From assembly GCA_965242695.1 (NCBI GenBank), contig CBDESU010000001.1, forward strand, positions 224,001-288,000: a stretch of 64,000 bases of DNA, written 5' to 3'. The notes beneath the pieces were generated by a model. It saw only the letters and a program-made list of their open reading frames with translations, did not search any database and was not told where the DNA came from. The stretch is from Cenarchaeum sp. (GTDB lineage: Archaea > Thermoproteota > Nitrososphaeria > Nitrososphaerales > Nitrosopumilaceae). Of the stretch, positions 1-9,859 are shown one piece after another. The translations under genes were made by a program, and so were the position numbers. Positions within the stretch are counted from its first letter, which is position 1. Each line of letters opens with the position of its first letter.

Positions 1-417
1 GCGGCACTCGACAACCCGCGCCTGCGCCTGTGCGTCGACTGCCACTCGATGGCCGCCGAGGCGCCGCCGCGGTCCTCGCCCGACGGCGCCGGCGCCCCGC
101 GCCCGGCGTTCTGCCTCTCCGATGCGGGCGGGGCGGCATGCCCGCGCCCCGTGATCGAGAGGCTCGCCGCGTGCGTGGCATCCTCGTTCGGCGTGCGCCG
201 CGCGGACGTGCGCATCAACGACCCGTTCCGGGGCGGCCATATAGTGCGCGAGTACGGCGGCAGGGGCGGCGCGCCGTGGGTGCAGATCGAGATGAGCCGC
301 TCGCTGTACCTCGACGGGCCGCAGCCTTCGGGGCCCCGCGGCCCGTCGGCCGATCCGGCGCGCCTTGCGGCCCTCAATGCGATGTTCCTTGCGGCCCTCG
401 GCCGGTTCTTTGCGTGA
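1..417 (+). CDS. N-formylglutamate amidohydrolase family protein (5' partial)
   Basis: Frame open from base 1: CVDCHSM, INDPFRGGHI and VQIEMSRSLY motifs typical of FGase. Confidence 0.85.
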   Translation, partial: AALDNPRLRLCVDCHSMAAEAPPRSSPDGAGAPRPAFCLSDAGGAACPRPVIERLAACVASSFGVRRADVRINDPFRGGHIVREYGGRGGAPWVQIEMSRSLYLDGPQPSGPRGPSADPARLAALNAMFLAALGRFFA

Positions 418-426
418 GGGCGCGGA

Positions 427-3288
427 TCAGACGGGCTGCACGCGCACGCCCATGCCTGCGATGTACCTGCTGAACGCCCCAAAGTCCTCGTCGCAGCTGT
501 ACAGCACGACCGTCCTGGACTGCTCGGCGGCGATCTTTGCGGCAAGCGCGAGCACCTTCGTGTCGACGGCCCCCTCGGGCGGCCCGCCGCCGGCAAGCCT
601 GCCGTTGGCCCTCTTCCTGTCCTGCCACCTGCCCTTTTCGTCGTCGGACATGCAAAACCACGCGCGCCAGTACATCCTGATCACCCTCAGCGAGTCGGCG
701 TACCCGACCCTGTACCCCATCTTCCACTCGGGCGGCATGCCGCCGAGGGTGTCCTTTACCCTGGCGATCACGTCGCCGTGGCTCGGGTGGCACCGCAGCC
801 CCGACAGGATGCCGGGCAGTATGCTGAGTATCTCGCCCCTGCACGCCCACGGCACGATGATCGTCTCGCCGCGCCTCGAGTCGGCCCCGTCCGACCAGCC
901 GCCCTCCCGCATGCCGGCGAACCTGCTGGCAAAGTACGACTTTGACCTGATATCCTCGGGCAGGTCGCAGTCCTCGGCGCACACGCCGACGACGCACGGC
1001 ATGGCCACGTTCGTGTCGGCCACGGCCAGGTCGCTGCGCTCCCTGCGCTGCGGCGGCTGCTGCGCCTGCCGGCCCGGCGAGGCCTCCCCGCCTCCGCCGA
1101 TCTCGCCGCAGATCCCTGCAAGGTCGGGATCGAGGCGCATGCCCTCTAGGTAGTGCCCCCGCGCCTCGCCGAACCTGCCTAGCGCGTCGAGGGACCTGCC
1201 GATGCAAAAGTGGTCCTCGAGGCGCCGCGCCTTGCAGATGCCGGCCTGCCCGTACGCAGTCTGCGCCTCCTCTGACCTGCCCGCCTTTTCGAGTATGCGG
1301 CCCCTGTGGTAGAGCGCCTGCGCATCGTACAGGTCCGACTCGAGGGCCCTGTCGAACAGGGCAAGGGCCCTCTCGTCGGTCGTGTCGACCATGTCCCTCT
1401 TGATGTTGGCGCTGTGCGCGTGGATCGTCCCGGCGAGGACGAGCGCCTCGTGGTGGCCGGGGTCCCTGTCCAGGGCCCTGCCTATCTTGTAGAGGGCGTC
1501 GTTGTAGTTTGATATGGCCGTGTGGCCCTCGTCGAACTGCCTCCTCCTTGCCTGCCGCGCCGCCACCGCGGCCGCCGCGGCGAGCGCATCGGGGCTGTCA
1601 GGGTCGTCGCGGCCGGCCTCCTTGAAGCACCTTGCCGCCTCGTCGTACCTGCCCAGCCCGTACAGGGCCCTTGCCCTTGCGTCCCAGCCCTCCGAGTCGC
1701 CGGCCCGCAGGGCCGCGTTCCTGTCGAACCTGTCTATGGCGTCACTGAACCTGCCGGCCCTGGACATCTCGACGGCCTCTGCGCGCGCGGCCGCCTCGGC
1801 GGCCCTTGCCTCCTCCCGCCTCTCGGCCTCTTTGCGCCTCTTTTCCTCCCTGCGCCTCTCGGCCTCGCGGGCATCCTCTGCGCCCGCGCGCCGGGTCCCG
1901 CCCGGCGCCCTGCGCCGCGCCGCCGCCTCGGCCGCCTCGCGCCTCTCGGCCTCGATCTTTTCCCTGGCGATGCGCTCGGCGGCGGCCCTCCGCTCCGCGC
2001 CTGCGCCCGTCCTCGACTCCCTGACCCTCTCGGCGAGGGCCGCCGCCCTTGCAGACTCTTTGTTGCGGGACAGGGCCCTCTTGAGGTGCCCCGCCGCCTC
2101 GTCGTACCTGCGCGCCTCGCCGCCCGACCCGAGCGTGTACGAGGCAAGGCCGGCGTAGTACAGGCCGTCCGAGCCGGACGGCTTTGACGACGCGGCGGCC
2201 CTGAAGCGCTCGGCCGCCTCGCCCTCCCGCCCGCATCCGGCAAGGGCCGTGCCTGCGATGCACTGCACCCTCGCATCGGCCGGGCCTGCGGCCGCCGCCG
2301 CGGATACGACGTCGGCCGCCTCGGCATGCCTTCCGATGCGGCACAGCGCGTGGGCCCTGCCGGCCGCGCCGGCCGATGCCGCCAGGTCCGTGCCGTCGTC
2401 GCCCTCGGCCGGCTCTGCCGCCCTCTTGTACGACTCCGTGGCGCCCTCTTCGTCGCCCTCGGCGTCGCGCGACATGCCCGAGTACAGCCATGCGGCCGAG
2501 CATCCCGGGTCCGCCTCGCACGCCCTGGCGCACCGCTCGGCCGCCTCGCCGTACCTGCCCGTCTCGTACAGCGCCCTCGCCTCGACGGCCAGGACGGCTG
2601 GATCGCCCGCGGCCGCCCCCTGTGCGGAGCCGATCGCGGCAAGCGCCTCGCCGTGCCTGTCGTCGAGGATCAGCGCAAGCCCCCTGTACGCTAGCAGCGC
2701 GGCCTCGGCGGGGCTCCTGCCGGACTCTTTTGCAAAGTGGTTTGCCGCCTTTGCCGCCTTTCCGGCCAGGATGTGCAGCCTGCCGAGGCGCACCGTGGCC
2801 TCCAGCCTGGCCTCCTGGCCGAGGGACTCTTCGGGGGCCTTGAGGGCCTTTTGGCACTCTTTCTGCGCCTCGGCAATCCTGCCGAGGGCCTCTAGCGATG
2901 CCGCGCGCCGCGCGCGCGCCGCCCATGCGCTGGCCGGTTCGGAGTCGATCGCCTCCTTGTACGCGGCCTCTGCCTCGCCGTGGCGCCCCTCGGCGGCCAG
3001 GGCAGCGGCCGCCTCGGCGGGGGTAGCGGCGGGCGCATCCGCCGCGGCCTCCTTGCCGTCCGCCGCGGCCGCCTCGGCGGCGGGCGCATCCGCCGCGGCC
3101 TCCTTGCCGTCCGCCGCGGCCGCCTCGGCGGCGGGCGCATCCGCCGCGGCCTCCTTGCCGTCCGCCGCGGCCGCCTCGGCGGCGGGCGCATCCGCCGCGG
3201 CCTCCTTGCCGCCTGCCCCGCTAGGCGCGCCCGTCTCCCGCTCTGGCTGCTCAAAATTGTCCGTGCCGCATGGCCGCCACGCCTGCAT
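427..3288 (-). CDS. Multi-TPR protein with C-terminal PIN-like ribonuclease domain
   Basis: Many TPR-like units (e.g. AWLYSGMSRDAEGDEEGATESYKRA); C-terminus has AVADTN...GE...AVDTKVLALA...LYSCDEDF, the PIN acidic tetrad pattern. Confidence 0.75.
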   Translation of the reverse strand: MQAWRPCGTDNFEQPERETGAPSGAGGKEAAADAPAAEAAAADGKEAAADAPAAEAAAADGKEAAADAPAAEAAAADGKEAAADAPAATPAEAAAALAAEGRHGEAEAAYKEAIDSEPASAWAARARRAASLEALGRIAEAQKECQKALKAPEESLGQEARLEATVRLGRLHILAGKAAKAANHFAKESGRSPAEAALLAYRGLALILDDRHGEALAAIGSAQGAAAGDPAVLAVEARALYETGRYGEAAERCARACEADPGCSAAWLYSGMSRDAEGDEEGATESYKRAAEPAEGDDGTDLAASAGAAGRAHALCRIGRHAEAADVVSAAAAAGPADARVQCIAGTALAGCGREGEAAERFRAAASSKPSGSDGLYYAGLASYTLGSGGEARRYDEAAGHLKRALSRNKESARAAALAERVRESRTGAGAERRAAAERIAREKIEAERREAAEAAARRRAPGGTRRAGAEDAREAERRREEKRRKEAERREEARAAEAAARAEAVEMSRAGRFSDAIDRFDRNAALRAGDSEGWDARARALYGLGRYDEAARCFKEAGRDDPDSPDALAAAAAVAARQARRRQFDEGHTAISNYNDALYKIGRALDRDPGHHEALVLAGTIHAHSANIKRDMVDTTDERALALFDRALESDLYDAQALYHRGRILEKAGRSEEAQTAYGQAGICKARRLEDHFCIGRSLDALGRFGEARGHYLEGMRLDPDLAGICGEIGGGGEASPGRQAQQPPQRRERSDLAVADTNVAMPCVVGVCAEDCDLPEDIRSKSYFASRFAGMREGGWSDGADSRRGETIIVPWACRGEILSILPGILSGLRCHPSHGDVIARVKDTLGGMPPEWKMGYRVGYADSLRVIRMYWRAWFCMSDDEKGRWQDRKRANGRLAGGGPPEGAVDTKVLALAAKIAAEQSRTVVLYSCDEDFGAFSRYIAGMGVRVQPV
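3026..3211 (-). repeat. 51-bp coding tandem repeat (about 3.6 copies, GKEAAADAPAAEAAAAD)
   Basis: Directly visible, period 51. Confidence 0.9.
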
Positions 3289-3432
3289 TTATCAATTTGC
3301 AGGGCGGCCTGTGGTCTCGGTCCCAGAATGCCTGGGCGGCATGGGGAGCGTACATGCTGCGCCGAGATGCGCAGGCCCGCCCGAGTGCCGTCCCGCCGCG
3401 GCGCGCCCGCCCCGAGGTTGCCCTGCAACGCG

Positions 3433-3438
3433 ATATAA
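3433..3438 (+). promoter_or_regulatory. TATA box of Type IIG paralog 1
   Basis: ATATAA in GC-rich context about 25 nt before ATG 3463. Confidence 0.55.
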
Positions 3439-3462
3439 GCGGCGCCGGGAGTGTTGCCGCGC

Positions 3463-6381
3463 ATGCAGGGGGGAGGTGCGGGGCGCAGTGGCAGCGAAGT
3501 GGTTCTGCTGGCCCCGCCGCTCGAGGGCGAGGACGATCGCAGATCGTACGTCCGCAACTGGCTGGCGAGCATCGGCGTGCCGGCATCCTCGATGCGCATC
3601 GAGTATCCTACGGCCGAGGGGCCCATAGGCCTCTACCTTACGAACCGCCGCGTGGCCATCGAGGTGAAAAAGGGCGGCCGCCTGGAAAAGGGGCCGTACG
3701 CAGACGGGTCGGGCTCTGGGGGCGGAGATTCCGCGTTCGGTCAGCTAGAGCGGCGCCTCAAGGCAGAGCGGGCGCGCGAGCGCCTGTACCTCGAGGGCGG
3801 CATAAGGGACAGGAAGTGGATTGGGGCCGTCACCGACTGCCGCGTGTGGTACATGTGGGAGTGGGATCCAGATCCGGAGGCGGGCGCGCGGGATGGCCGG
3901 GGGCCCAGAGATGCCGCGGTCCGAATCAACGCATGGCACGGCCGGACGCTCGACAAGGGCGGCACCGGGCGCCTTGCGCACCTGCTCGCCCGCGGCACGG
4001 TGGGAAAGGAGTGGGCAACGGCGGACATGTCGGACATGTTTCGGCCGCTCAGGTCGGGACTGGACAGGGCGTACGCGAAGGGGAGGGGGCTGCGCGAGGT
4101 GCGCGTGCAGAGGGGGCTGTGGCTGGAGCAGCTGCGCGCGGGCGGCAGCGCGCCCGAGTCGGACGAGGACGACCTGTTCGTGCTGCATACGATGCTCATA
4201 CTCGCATCCCGCATGATATCGGGCCAGGGCGATGCAAGGCGGGGGTTTGCGGGATGGGTACCGGACGAGCTTGTCGTGGAGATGAAGGGAGTGATCGACG
4301 AGTACAACTGGTCCCAGCAGACGGGCGACGTCCTGAGGGCGCTGTACCGCCGCTACGTCCCCGCGCGGCATCGGCTGCGGTACGGCGAGTACTATACGCC
4401 GGACTGGCTCGCAGAGATCATGTGCCGGACCATAATAGACGACCGGTTCATAGGCGAGCAGGTGCGCCGCTTCCAGTCGGGGCGCGCGGTACAGGGGGTG
4501 TTGGATCCCGCGTGCGGCTCGGGCACGTTCCTGTACCACGCGGTTCGCCGCATACTAGAGTCCGAGCCGGTCAAGAAGTCGTACCTTGCGCGCCCCGCCG
4601 CGTCGCGCCTTGCATGCCTGATGGTGCGCGGAATGGACATACACCCCGTTGCCGTCGAGATGGCGCGCGCCAATGTCAGGCGCCTTCTTCCGGATGCGGG
4701 GGACGAGGATGTGATGATCTACCAGGGCGACTCGCTGCTCATGCCGAGGCCCGAGGCCACCGTGCTGGGCGCCGGCGGGAGCGATCTGCCGCTGACCTCG
4801 CCGCAGGGCCGCCATTTTGTCCTGCCGGGCTGGTTTATCGTGTCCGACTCTGACCTGTCTAGGTTCGTAAGGTCGGCCGTGGACGACGTGGACATGCCGG
4901 AGGGGCTCGGCAGCGGGCTGGACGGGTATGATCGCGGGCAGCTTGCAGAGTCGCACGAGCGCCTTCGCAGGATAGCCCGCGAAGAGGGGAACGGGGTGTG
5001 GCTGTGGTACATCCTGAACCATGCCGGCTCCATGAGGCTGCGCGGCACGATCGGGCGGATTGTGGCAAACCCGCCGTGGGTGACGTTCGACAAGATACGC
5101 GAGGCGCGCCAAAAGTCCGAGGTGAAGAGGATGGCCAAGGAGCGCGGCCTCTGGGTGGGCGGGTCTAGCACAAAGTTCGACCTTGCGGCGCTGTTCGTCG
5201 ATCGGTGCGCCGAGCTGTACCTTGGGGAGGGCGGGGCGTCGGGGTGGGTCCTGCCGCAGTCCGCACTGCGGGGAGAGACGTGGTCGGGGCTGCGCGGCGA
5301 GGTCGGCGGGGGGATGACGGCCGTGTGGGACGTCGGCAACTTGGCGTTCCAGTCGCACGCATGCGTAATGTTCTTTGGCGCCGATGCGGGGCGGAAAGTC
5401 CTGGCCAGGCGCGGCGGGTGGGCTGCGCCGCGCGACGGCGACACGTGGGCCGAGGCGGAGCAGCGGACCTGCTGGGTAGAGGAGCGGCGCAGGGCCGCGC
5501 CCGAGGAGAGGTCTGCGTGGGCGGATGCCGCGCCGGGCGCCGGCCGCAGGGGGTCGCCGGTCCGGCGCGGCGCCTCCATGATCCCGCAGTGTCTGGTATG
5601 GGCCCGCACCGTGCGCATCGGCAGGGGAGGTGCCGAGGCGTACGTCGAGACCCGGGAGTCCAGGTGGCCCCCGTGGAGCCAGATAGGCCCCCTCAGGGGG
5701 CGCGTTCCTGCGCACTGGGTGCGCGACTGCATATCGTCGGCCGACCTTGCCCCGTTTGCGGCGCCGACCCGCACGAAGTGCATCGTGCCGGTCGACGGGG
5801 ACGGGTGGGACGGCGCGCGGTCAAAAAACCGGTTCTGGCGGATGGCATGCGACCAGTACGCGGCCCACCGCGGCGCCGGGCAGGGCACGCCAAAGACCTT
5901 GGAGGACAGGATAAACTACAACAACGGCATATTCGACCAGCTGGGCAGGGGCGGCCACGCCGTCATATACAACAAGTCGGGCGCCTCGCTGAGGGCATGC
6001 GCGATACGGGGCCCTGATATAGTCCACGACACGCTGCACTACGTCAGGTGCGCGGGCCGGCGCGAGGCGATGTTCCTTGCGGGGATGCTCAACTCTGATG
6101 CGATGCAGCCTGCGTTCCGCGCCGCGCGCCGGAACACGCGCGACTTTGCCGAGCACATATGGCGGGCCGTGCCGGTCCCGAGGTACGACCGCCGCGACCG
6201 CGCGCACTCGCGGCTGGCCGACGCGTCGGGCAGGGCCGCGGCCGCCGCGGCGTCCGCGCTGGGCGGCGGAATGGCGCCGCGGGCGGCGGCCAGGGCGGCA
6301 AGGGATGCGCTGGCCGCGGGAGGACTGGGCGAGCGCATCGACGAGCTGTGCCGCGAGGTGCTGCCGGGCCACGCCGAGTAG
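3463..6381 (+). CDS. Type IIG-like restriction-modification protein / N6-adenine methyltransferase, paralog 1 (nuclease motif degenerate)
   Basis: GEYYTPDWLA, VLDPACGSGTFL (motif I), IVANPPW (motif IV); N-terminal GPIGLYL...IEVK where paralogs have GPIDLYL...LEIK; start could be GTG 3451. Confidence 0.85.
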   Translation: MQGGGAGRSGSEVVLLAPPLEGEDDRRSYVRNWLASIGVPASSMRIEYPTAEGPIGLYLTNRRVAIEVKKGGRLEKGPYADGSGSGGGDSAFGQLERRLKAERARERLYLEGGIRDRKWIGAVTDCRVWYMWEWDPDPEAGARDGRGPRDAAVRINAWHGRTLDKGGTGRLAHLLARGTVGKEWATADMSDMFRPLRSGLDRAYAKGRGLREVRVQRGLWLEQLRAGGSAPESDEDDLFVLHTMLILASRMISGQGDARRGFAGWVPDELVVEMKGVIDEYNWSQQTGDVLRALYRRYVPARHRLRYGEYYTPDWLAEIMCRTIIDDRFIGEQVRRFQSGRAVQGVLDPACGSGTFLYHAVRRILESEPVKKSYLARPAASRLACLMVRGMDIHPVAVEMARANVRRLLPDAGDEDVMIYQGDSLLMPRPEATVLGAGGSDLPLTSPQGRHFVLPGWFIVSDSDLSRFVRSAVDDVDMPEGLGSGLDGYDRGQLAESHERLRRIAREEGNGVWLWYILNHAGSMRLRGTIGRIVANPPWVTFDKIREARQKSEVKRMAKERGLWVGGSSTKFDLAALFVDRCAELYLGEGGASGWVLPQSALRGETWSGLRGEVGGGMTAVWDVGNLAFQSHACVMFFGADAGRKVLARRGGWAAPRDGDTWAEAEQRTCWVEERRRAAPEERSAWADAAPGAGRRGSPVRRGASMIPQCLVWARTVRIGRGGAEAYVETRESRWPPWSQIGPLRGRVPAHWVRDCISSADLAPFAAPTRTKCIVPVDGDGWDGARSKNRFWRMACDQYAAHRGAGQGTPKTLEDRINYNNGIFDQLGRGGHAVIYNKSGASLRACAIRGPDIVHDTLHYVRCAGRREAMFLAGMLNSDAMQPAFRAARRNTRDFAEHIWRAVPVPRYDRRDRAHSRLADASGRAAAAAASALGGGMAPRAAARAARDALAAGGLGERIDELCREVLPGHAE

Positions 6382-6472
6382 CGCGCGCGGGGCGCAGGGG
6401 GCCGCGTGAGGGTCGGTCGGCCCTCTCCCGCCCACAATTCGACTAAAATACGCCTCCTCCTGCAGGGGGCGC

Positions 6473-6537
6473 GGATGCCGATGATGAGCGGAAAAGCCAT
6501 CGGAGCGGTGACGACGATTATGAGTTATGAGGCATCC
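6473..6537 (+). ncRNA. Box C/D guide sRNA (predicted to guide Cm34 of a CAU-anticodon tRNA)
   Basis: Terminal stem GGATGCC/GGCATCC; C box ATGATGA 6481-6487; 13-nt guide; D' CGGA; C' GTGACGA; 12-nt guide CGATTATGAGTT; D box ATGA; TATA-like CTAAAATA about 25 nt upstream. Confidence 0.75.
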
Positions 6538-6681
6538 TCTGCGACGGCCCGGCCCATACGGCGCGGCCCCTGCCGGTCGGCGCAGGACGCCGCATGCGGG
6601 CGCACGTGGGAAGCCGTGGCCGGATGCCCCTGCCGCGGCCGTTCGGCCCGGCATCGCGCGGCCTCGGCACATGCCGGCAGT

Positions 6682-9600
6682 CTACGCCGCCGCGTGCCGC
6701 GGCAGCACCCTCCTGCACGCCTCGTCGACCATGCCGCCCAGGCCGCCCTCGGCAATGGCCTCGCAGATCCTCCTCTTGTTCGCCGCCGGCGTCGACGACG
6801 GCCGGAATGCCCTGGCCGAGGCCGCCTCGGCCTTGGCGGCCAGGTCCCGCAGCCGCCGGTGGTCCGCATCCGACCCGTCGTACCGCGGCACGGGCACGGC
6901 GTACCACGGATGCGCCGCAAAGTCCATGCCGTTCCTGCGCGCGGCCAGAAAGGCGGGGCGCATGCATCCTGCGTTGAGGATCGCCTCGACGAACAGCGCC
7001 TCGCTCTTTGATGCGCACCGCATGTAGTACACCGTCGCATGCGCGACAAGCCCGCTGTCGGGCAGCCTGGCGGCGCTGAGGACTACGCCGGCCTTGTTGT
7101 GCACGACATAGTGGCCCGCCGGCCCGCCGCGACGCGGCTGCCTCAGGAGCATTCCGTTGAAGTCTAGCCTATCCTCGAGCGTCTTTGGGTTTCTCTTGCC
7201 GATCCCGCAGTGCGCCGAGTACTGGTCCCGCGCGGCCTTCCAGAACGCATTCGACTCCCTCCGCGCGTCCCATCGGCCGTCCTCGGCGAGGGGAAGTATG
7301 CACTCTGCGTGCGTCATGACGGCGTACGGCAGCACGTCCGACGCCGTAACGCACCTGCGTACCCAGGAGGATGGCACGGTGCCGGACATCGTGCCCAGGC
7401 TCTTCCACGGCTCGTGGATCGACGGCTTTGTCGTGACGGACACGATCCCCCTCCCCGCGCCCCGCTCCACGCTGGCCGCGTACACTAGGCAGTGGGGAAC
7501 GATCGTGGCGCCCTGCGTGGCTAGCGCGTTCCCGCCGCCGTCAAGATATGCGGACGGCTCGTCGGGGGGCCGGCCGGCCGCATCCCTCCGCTCCCACGCG
7601 GTCTTTTCCCGAACCGCCGCCCACGCGTCGTTCTCGGCAGGCCTCGGGGTGCCGGCCCTGCGGCGCAGGGCCCTCTGGCCGGCGCGGCCGCCAAAGAACA
7701 TGGCACACGACTTTGTCGGGAATGCCAGGCTGCCGATGTCCCACACGCCGCCGGCCCTACTTCCCATCTTTGCCGCAAAGTTGGCCCAGTTGCCCCCTCC
7801 CGCCATGGCGCCGTGCGGCAGTATCCACCCCGACCTGCCCCTCTTGGCGCCCATGTACAGCGCCGTGCACCTGTCGACGAACAGCGCGGCCATGTCGAAC
7901 TTTGCGTTCTTGCCGCCGACCCACAGCCCGAGCTCGCCTGCCATCTTCCTCACCTCCGCCTTGCGGTCGGGATCCTGGATCTTGTCGTACGAGACCCACG
8001 GGGGGTTGGCCACTATCCTGCCTATCGTCCCGCGCAGCCTCATCGGGCCGGCCTGGTTGAGTATGTACCACAGCCACACGCCGTTGGACTCTGCCCTGAC
8101 TATCCGGCGCAGCTGGCCGTGGGCCTCTTGCAGCGCCTCTTCGTCGTAGCCGTCGGCGCCGGCACCTAGCGACGGCGGCAGGTCCGCATCGTCCGCGGCC
8201 GACTCTACAAACCTGGAAATATCCCTGCTGCCGGAAACCGCAAACCATCCGGGCAGTATCAGGTGCCTCCCGCCGGGCGAGACGAGGGGCAGGTCGGCCC
8301 CGCCGTTGCCGTACAGGGACGCCTCGGGCCTGGGAGTGAGGAGGGAGTCGCCCTGGTAGATTGCAATGTCGACTTCGCTGGCGCCCGGCAGGAGCCTGCA
8401 CATGTTGGCCCTGGCCATCTCGACGGCGACGGGGTGTATGTCTATCCCCCTGACCATGCTGCACGCGAGCCGCGCCGCATCGTCGCCCCTCAGGTACGCC
8501 TTCTTGACCGGATCCGACCCGACGATTCTCTTTGCGGCGTGGTACAGGAACGTGCCCGACCCGCACGCGGGATCCAGCACGCCCTGCACCCGCTGGCCCG
8601 CCCCGAAGCGGCGCACCTGTTCGGCGATAAACCCGTCGTCGATCACCCTGGCGCACACGATCTCGGCGAGCCAGTCCGGCGTGTAGTACTCGCCGTACAG
8701 CCTGCGGTGCTCGGCCGGCACAAAGTGCCTGTATATGGCGCGCAGGATGTCGCCCGTATGCTGCGACCAGTTGTACCCGCGTATGATGTCCTCTAGCATG
8801 CGCACCTCTGCGTCCCCGACCCACTGGACAAACCCGTACCGCGGGTCCGCGCCGCCGGGCCGCGACGAGATCATCCTGGCGATCAGGATGAGCATCGAGT
8901 GGAGGACAAACATCGTGTCCCTGTCCCCGCCGGGCGCGTTGCCCCCTCCCCTCAGCTGCTCTAGCCACAGCCCCTGCTGCGTTTGGACGTCGCGCAGCGC
9001 CCTGCGCCTTTCAAACGACCTTTCCAGCGCGGCCCTTGCATCCTCGAAGACATGCGACATGTCGGCCGACGCCCACTCCTTGCCGACCGTAGCGCGGTCG
9101 AGCAGGACGGCGAGCCGCCCGATGTTGGCGCGGGTCAGCTCGGTCCCGTGCCACGCGCCTATGCGGGACGGCGCGTCCCCTGCATCCGACGGCATCGGTT
9201 GCCACTCCCACGCGTACCACACGCGGCCGTCCGTGGCCATGCCGATCCAGCTCTTCTCGCGCACGCCGTCCTCCTCAAGGTGCAGCCGCTCCCTTGCGCG
9301 CTCGGCCGCGACGTACCGCGAGACCTGCTCGAACGCCGATTCGGTCCCGATTGATCCCGTGCCGTCGGCATATGGGCCGCCCGACAGGCGCCCGCCCTGC
9401 TTTATCTCCAGGATGATACGCCTGTTGGTGAGGTACAGGTCGATCGGCCCCGCATCCGTCTGGTGCTCGGTACGGATGGCCGCGGCAGGCACGCCGACGG
9501 CGACGAGCCACTCGCTGATGTACGCCCTGCGGTCGGCCTCCTTTTTGGACGGTGGGGCGAGCAGTGTGCTCTCTGCGTCGGCGAGGCGCCCGCCCTTTCC

Positions 9601-9684
9601 CCTTTGCGCCCGCCTCTTGGACGCAGCGCGCACCTTTCCGCCCGCGGCGCCGCCCTTCCTCGGCGTCCTGTCCGATCGTGCCAT
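6682..9684 (-). CDS. Type IIG-like restriction-modification protein, paralog 2
   Basis: PIDLYL...LEIK PD-(D/E)xK-like motif, VLDPACGSGTFL, IVANPPW, C-terminal TRD-like region. Confidence 0.88.
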   Translation of the reverse strand: MARSDRTPRKGGAAGGKVRAASKRRAQRGKGGRLADAESTLLAPPSKKEADRRAYISEWLVAVGVPAAAIRTEHQTDAGPIDLYLTNRRIILEIKQGGRLSGGPYADGTGSIGTESAFEQVSRYVAAERARERLHLEEDGVREKSWIGMATDGRVWYAWEWQPMPSDAGDAPSRIGAWHGTELTRANIGRLAVLLDRATVGKEWASADMSHVFEDARAALERSFERRRALRDVQTQQGLWLEQLRGGGNAPGGDRDTMFVLHSMLILIARMISSRPGGADPRYGFVQWVGDAEVRMLEDIIRGYNWSQHTGDILRAIYRHFVPAEHRRLYGEYYTPDWLAEIVCARVIDDGFIAEQVRRFGAGQRVQGVLDPACGSGTFLYHAAKRIVGSDPVKKAYLRGDDAARLACSMVRGIDIHPVAVEMARANMCRLLPGASEVDIAIYQGDSLLTPRPEASLYGNGGADLPLVSPGGRHLILPGWFAVSGSRDISRFVESAADDADLPPSLGAGADGYDEEALQEAHGQLRRIVRAESNGVWLWYILNQAGPMRLRGTIGRIVANPPWVSYDKIQDPDRKAEVRKMAGELGLWVGGKNAKFDMAALFVDRCTALYMGAKRGRSGWILPHGAMAGGGNWANFAAKMGSRAGGVWDIGSLAFPTKSCAMFFGGRAGQRALRRRAGTPRPAENDAWAAVREKTAWERRDAAGRPPDEPSAYLDGGGNALATQGATIVPHCLVYAASVERGAGRGIVSVTTKPSIHEPWKSLGTMSGTVPSSWVRRCVTASDVLPYAVMTHAECILPLAEDGRWDARRESNAFWKAARDQYSAHCGIGKRNPKTLEDRLDFNGMLLRQPRRGGPAGHYVVHNKAGVVLSAARLPDSGLVAHATVYYMRCASKSEALFVEAILNAGCMRPAFLAARRNGMDFAAHPWYAVPVPRYDGSDADHRRLRDLAAKAEAASARAFRPSSTPAANKRRICEAIAEGGLGGMVDEACRRVLPRHAAA

Positions 9685-9706
9685 GCGGCGTCCCAGATCA
9701 GCGTTC

Positions 9707-9713
9707 TATTTAA
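9707..9713 (-). promoter_or_regulatory. TATA box of paralog 2
   Basis: TTAAATA on minus strand about 23 nt before ATG 9684. Confidence 0.6.
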
Positions 9714-9859
9714 CGCCCGGCTGCCGCCGCGCGGGACCGCGGGCGGCACGGCAATGCGCCCATTCGCCCCCCTGACTCTAGGGCGGGCGCGGCCCATCGC
9801 GGACTTGCGCGAAGCCTCCGCTGCGGCGCGCCCCGCCCCATTCGCCCTGCTTCGGGGCA

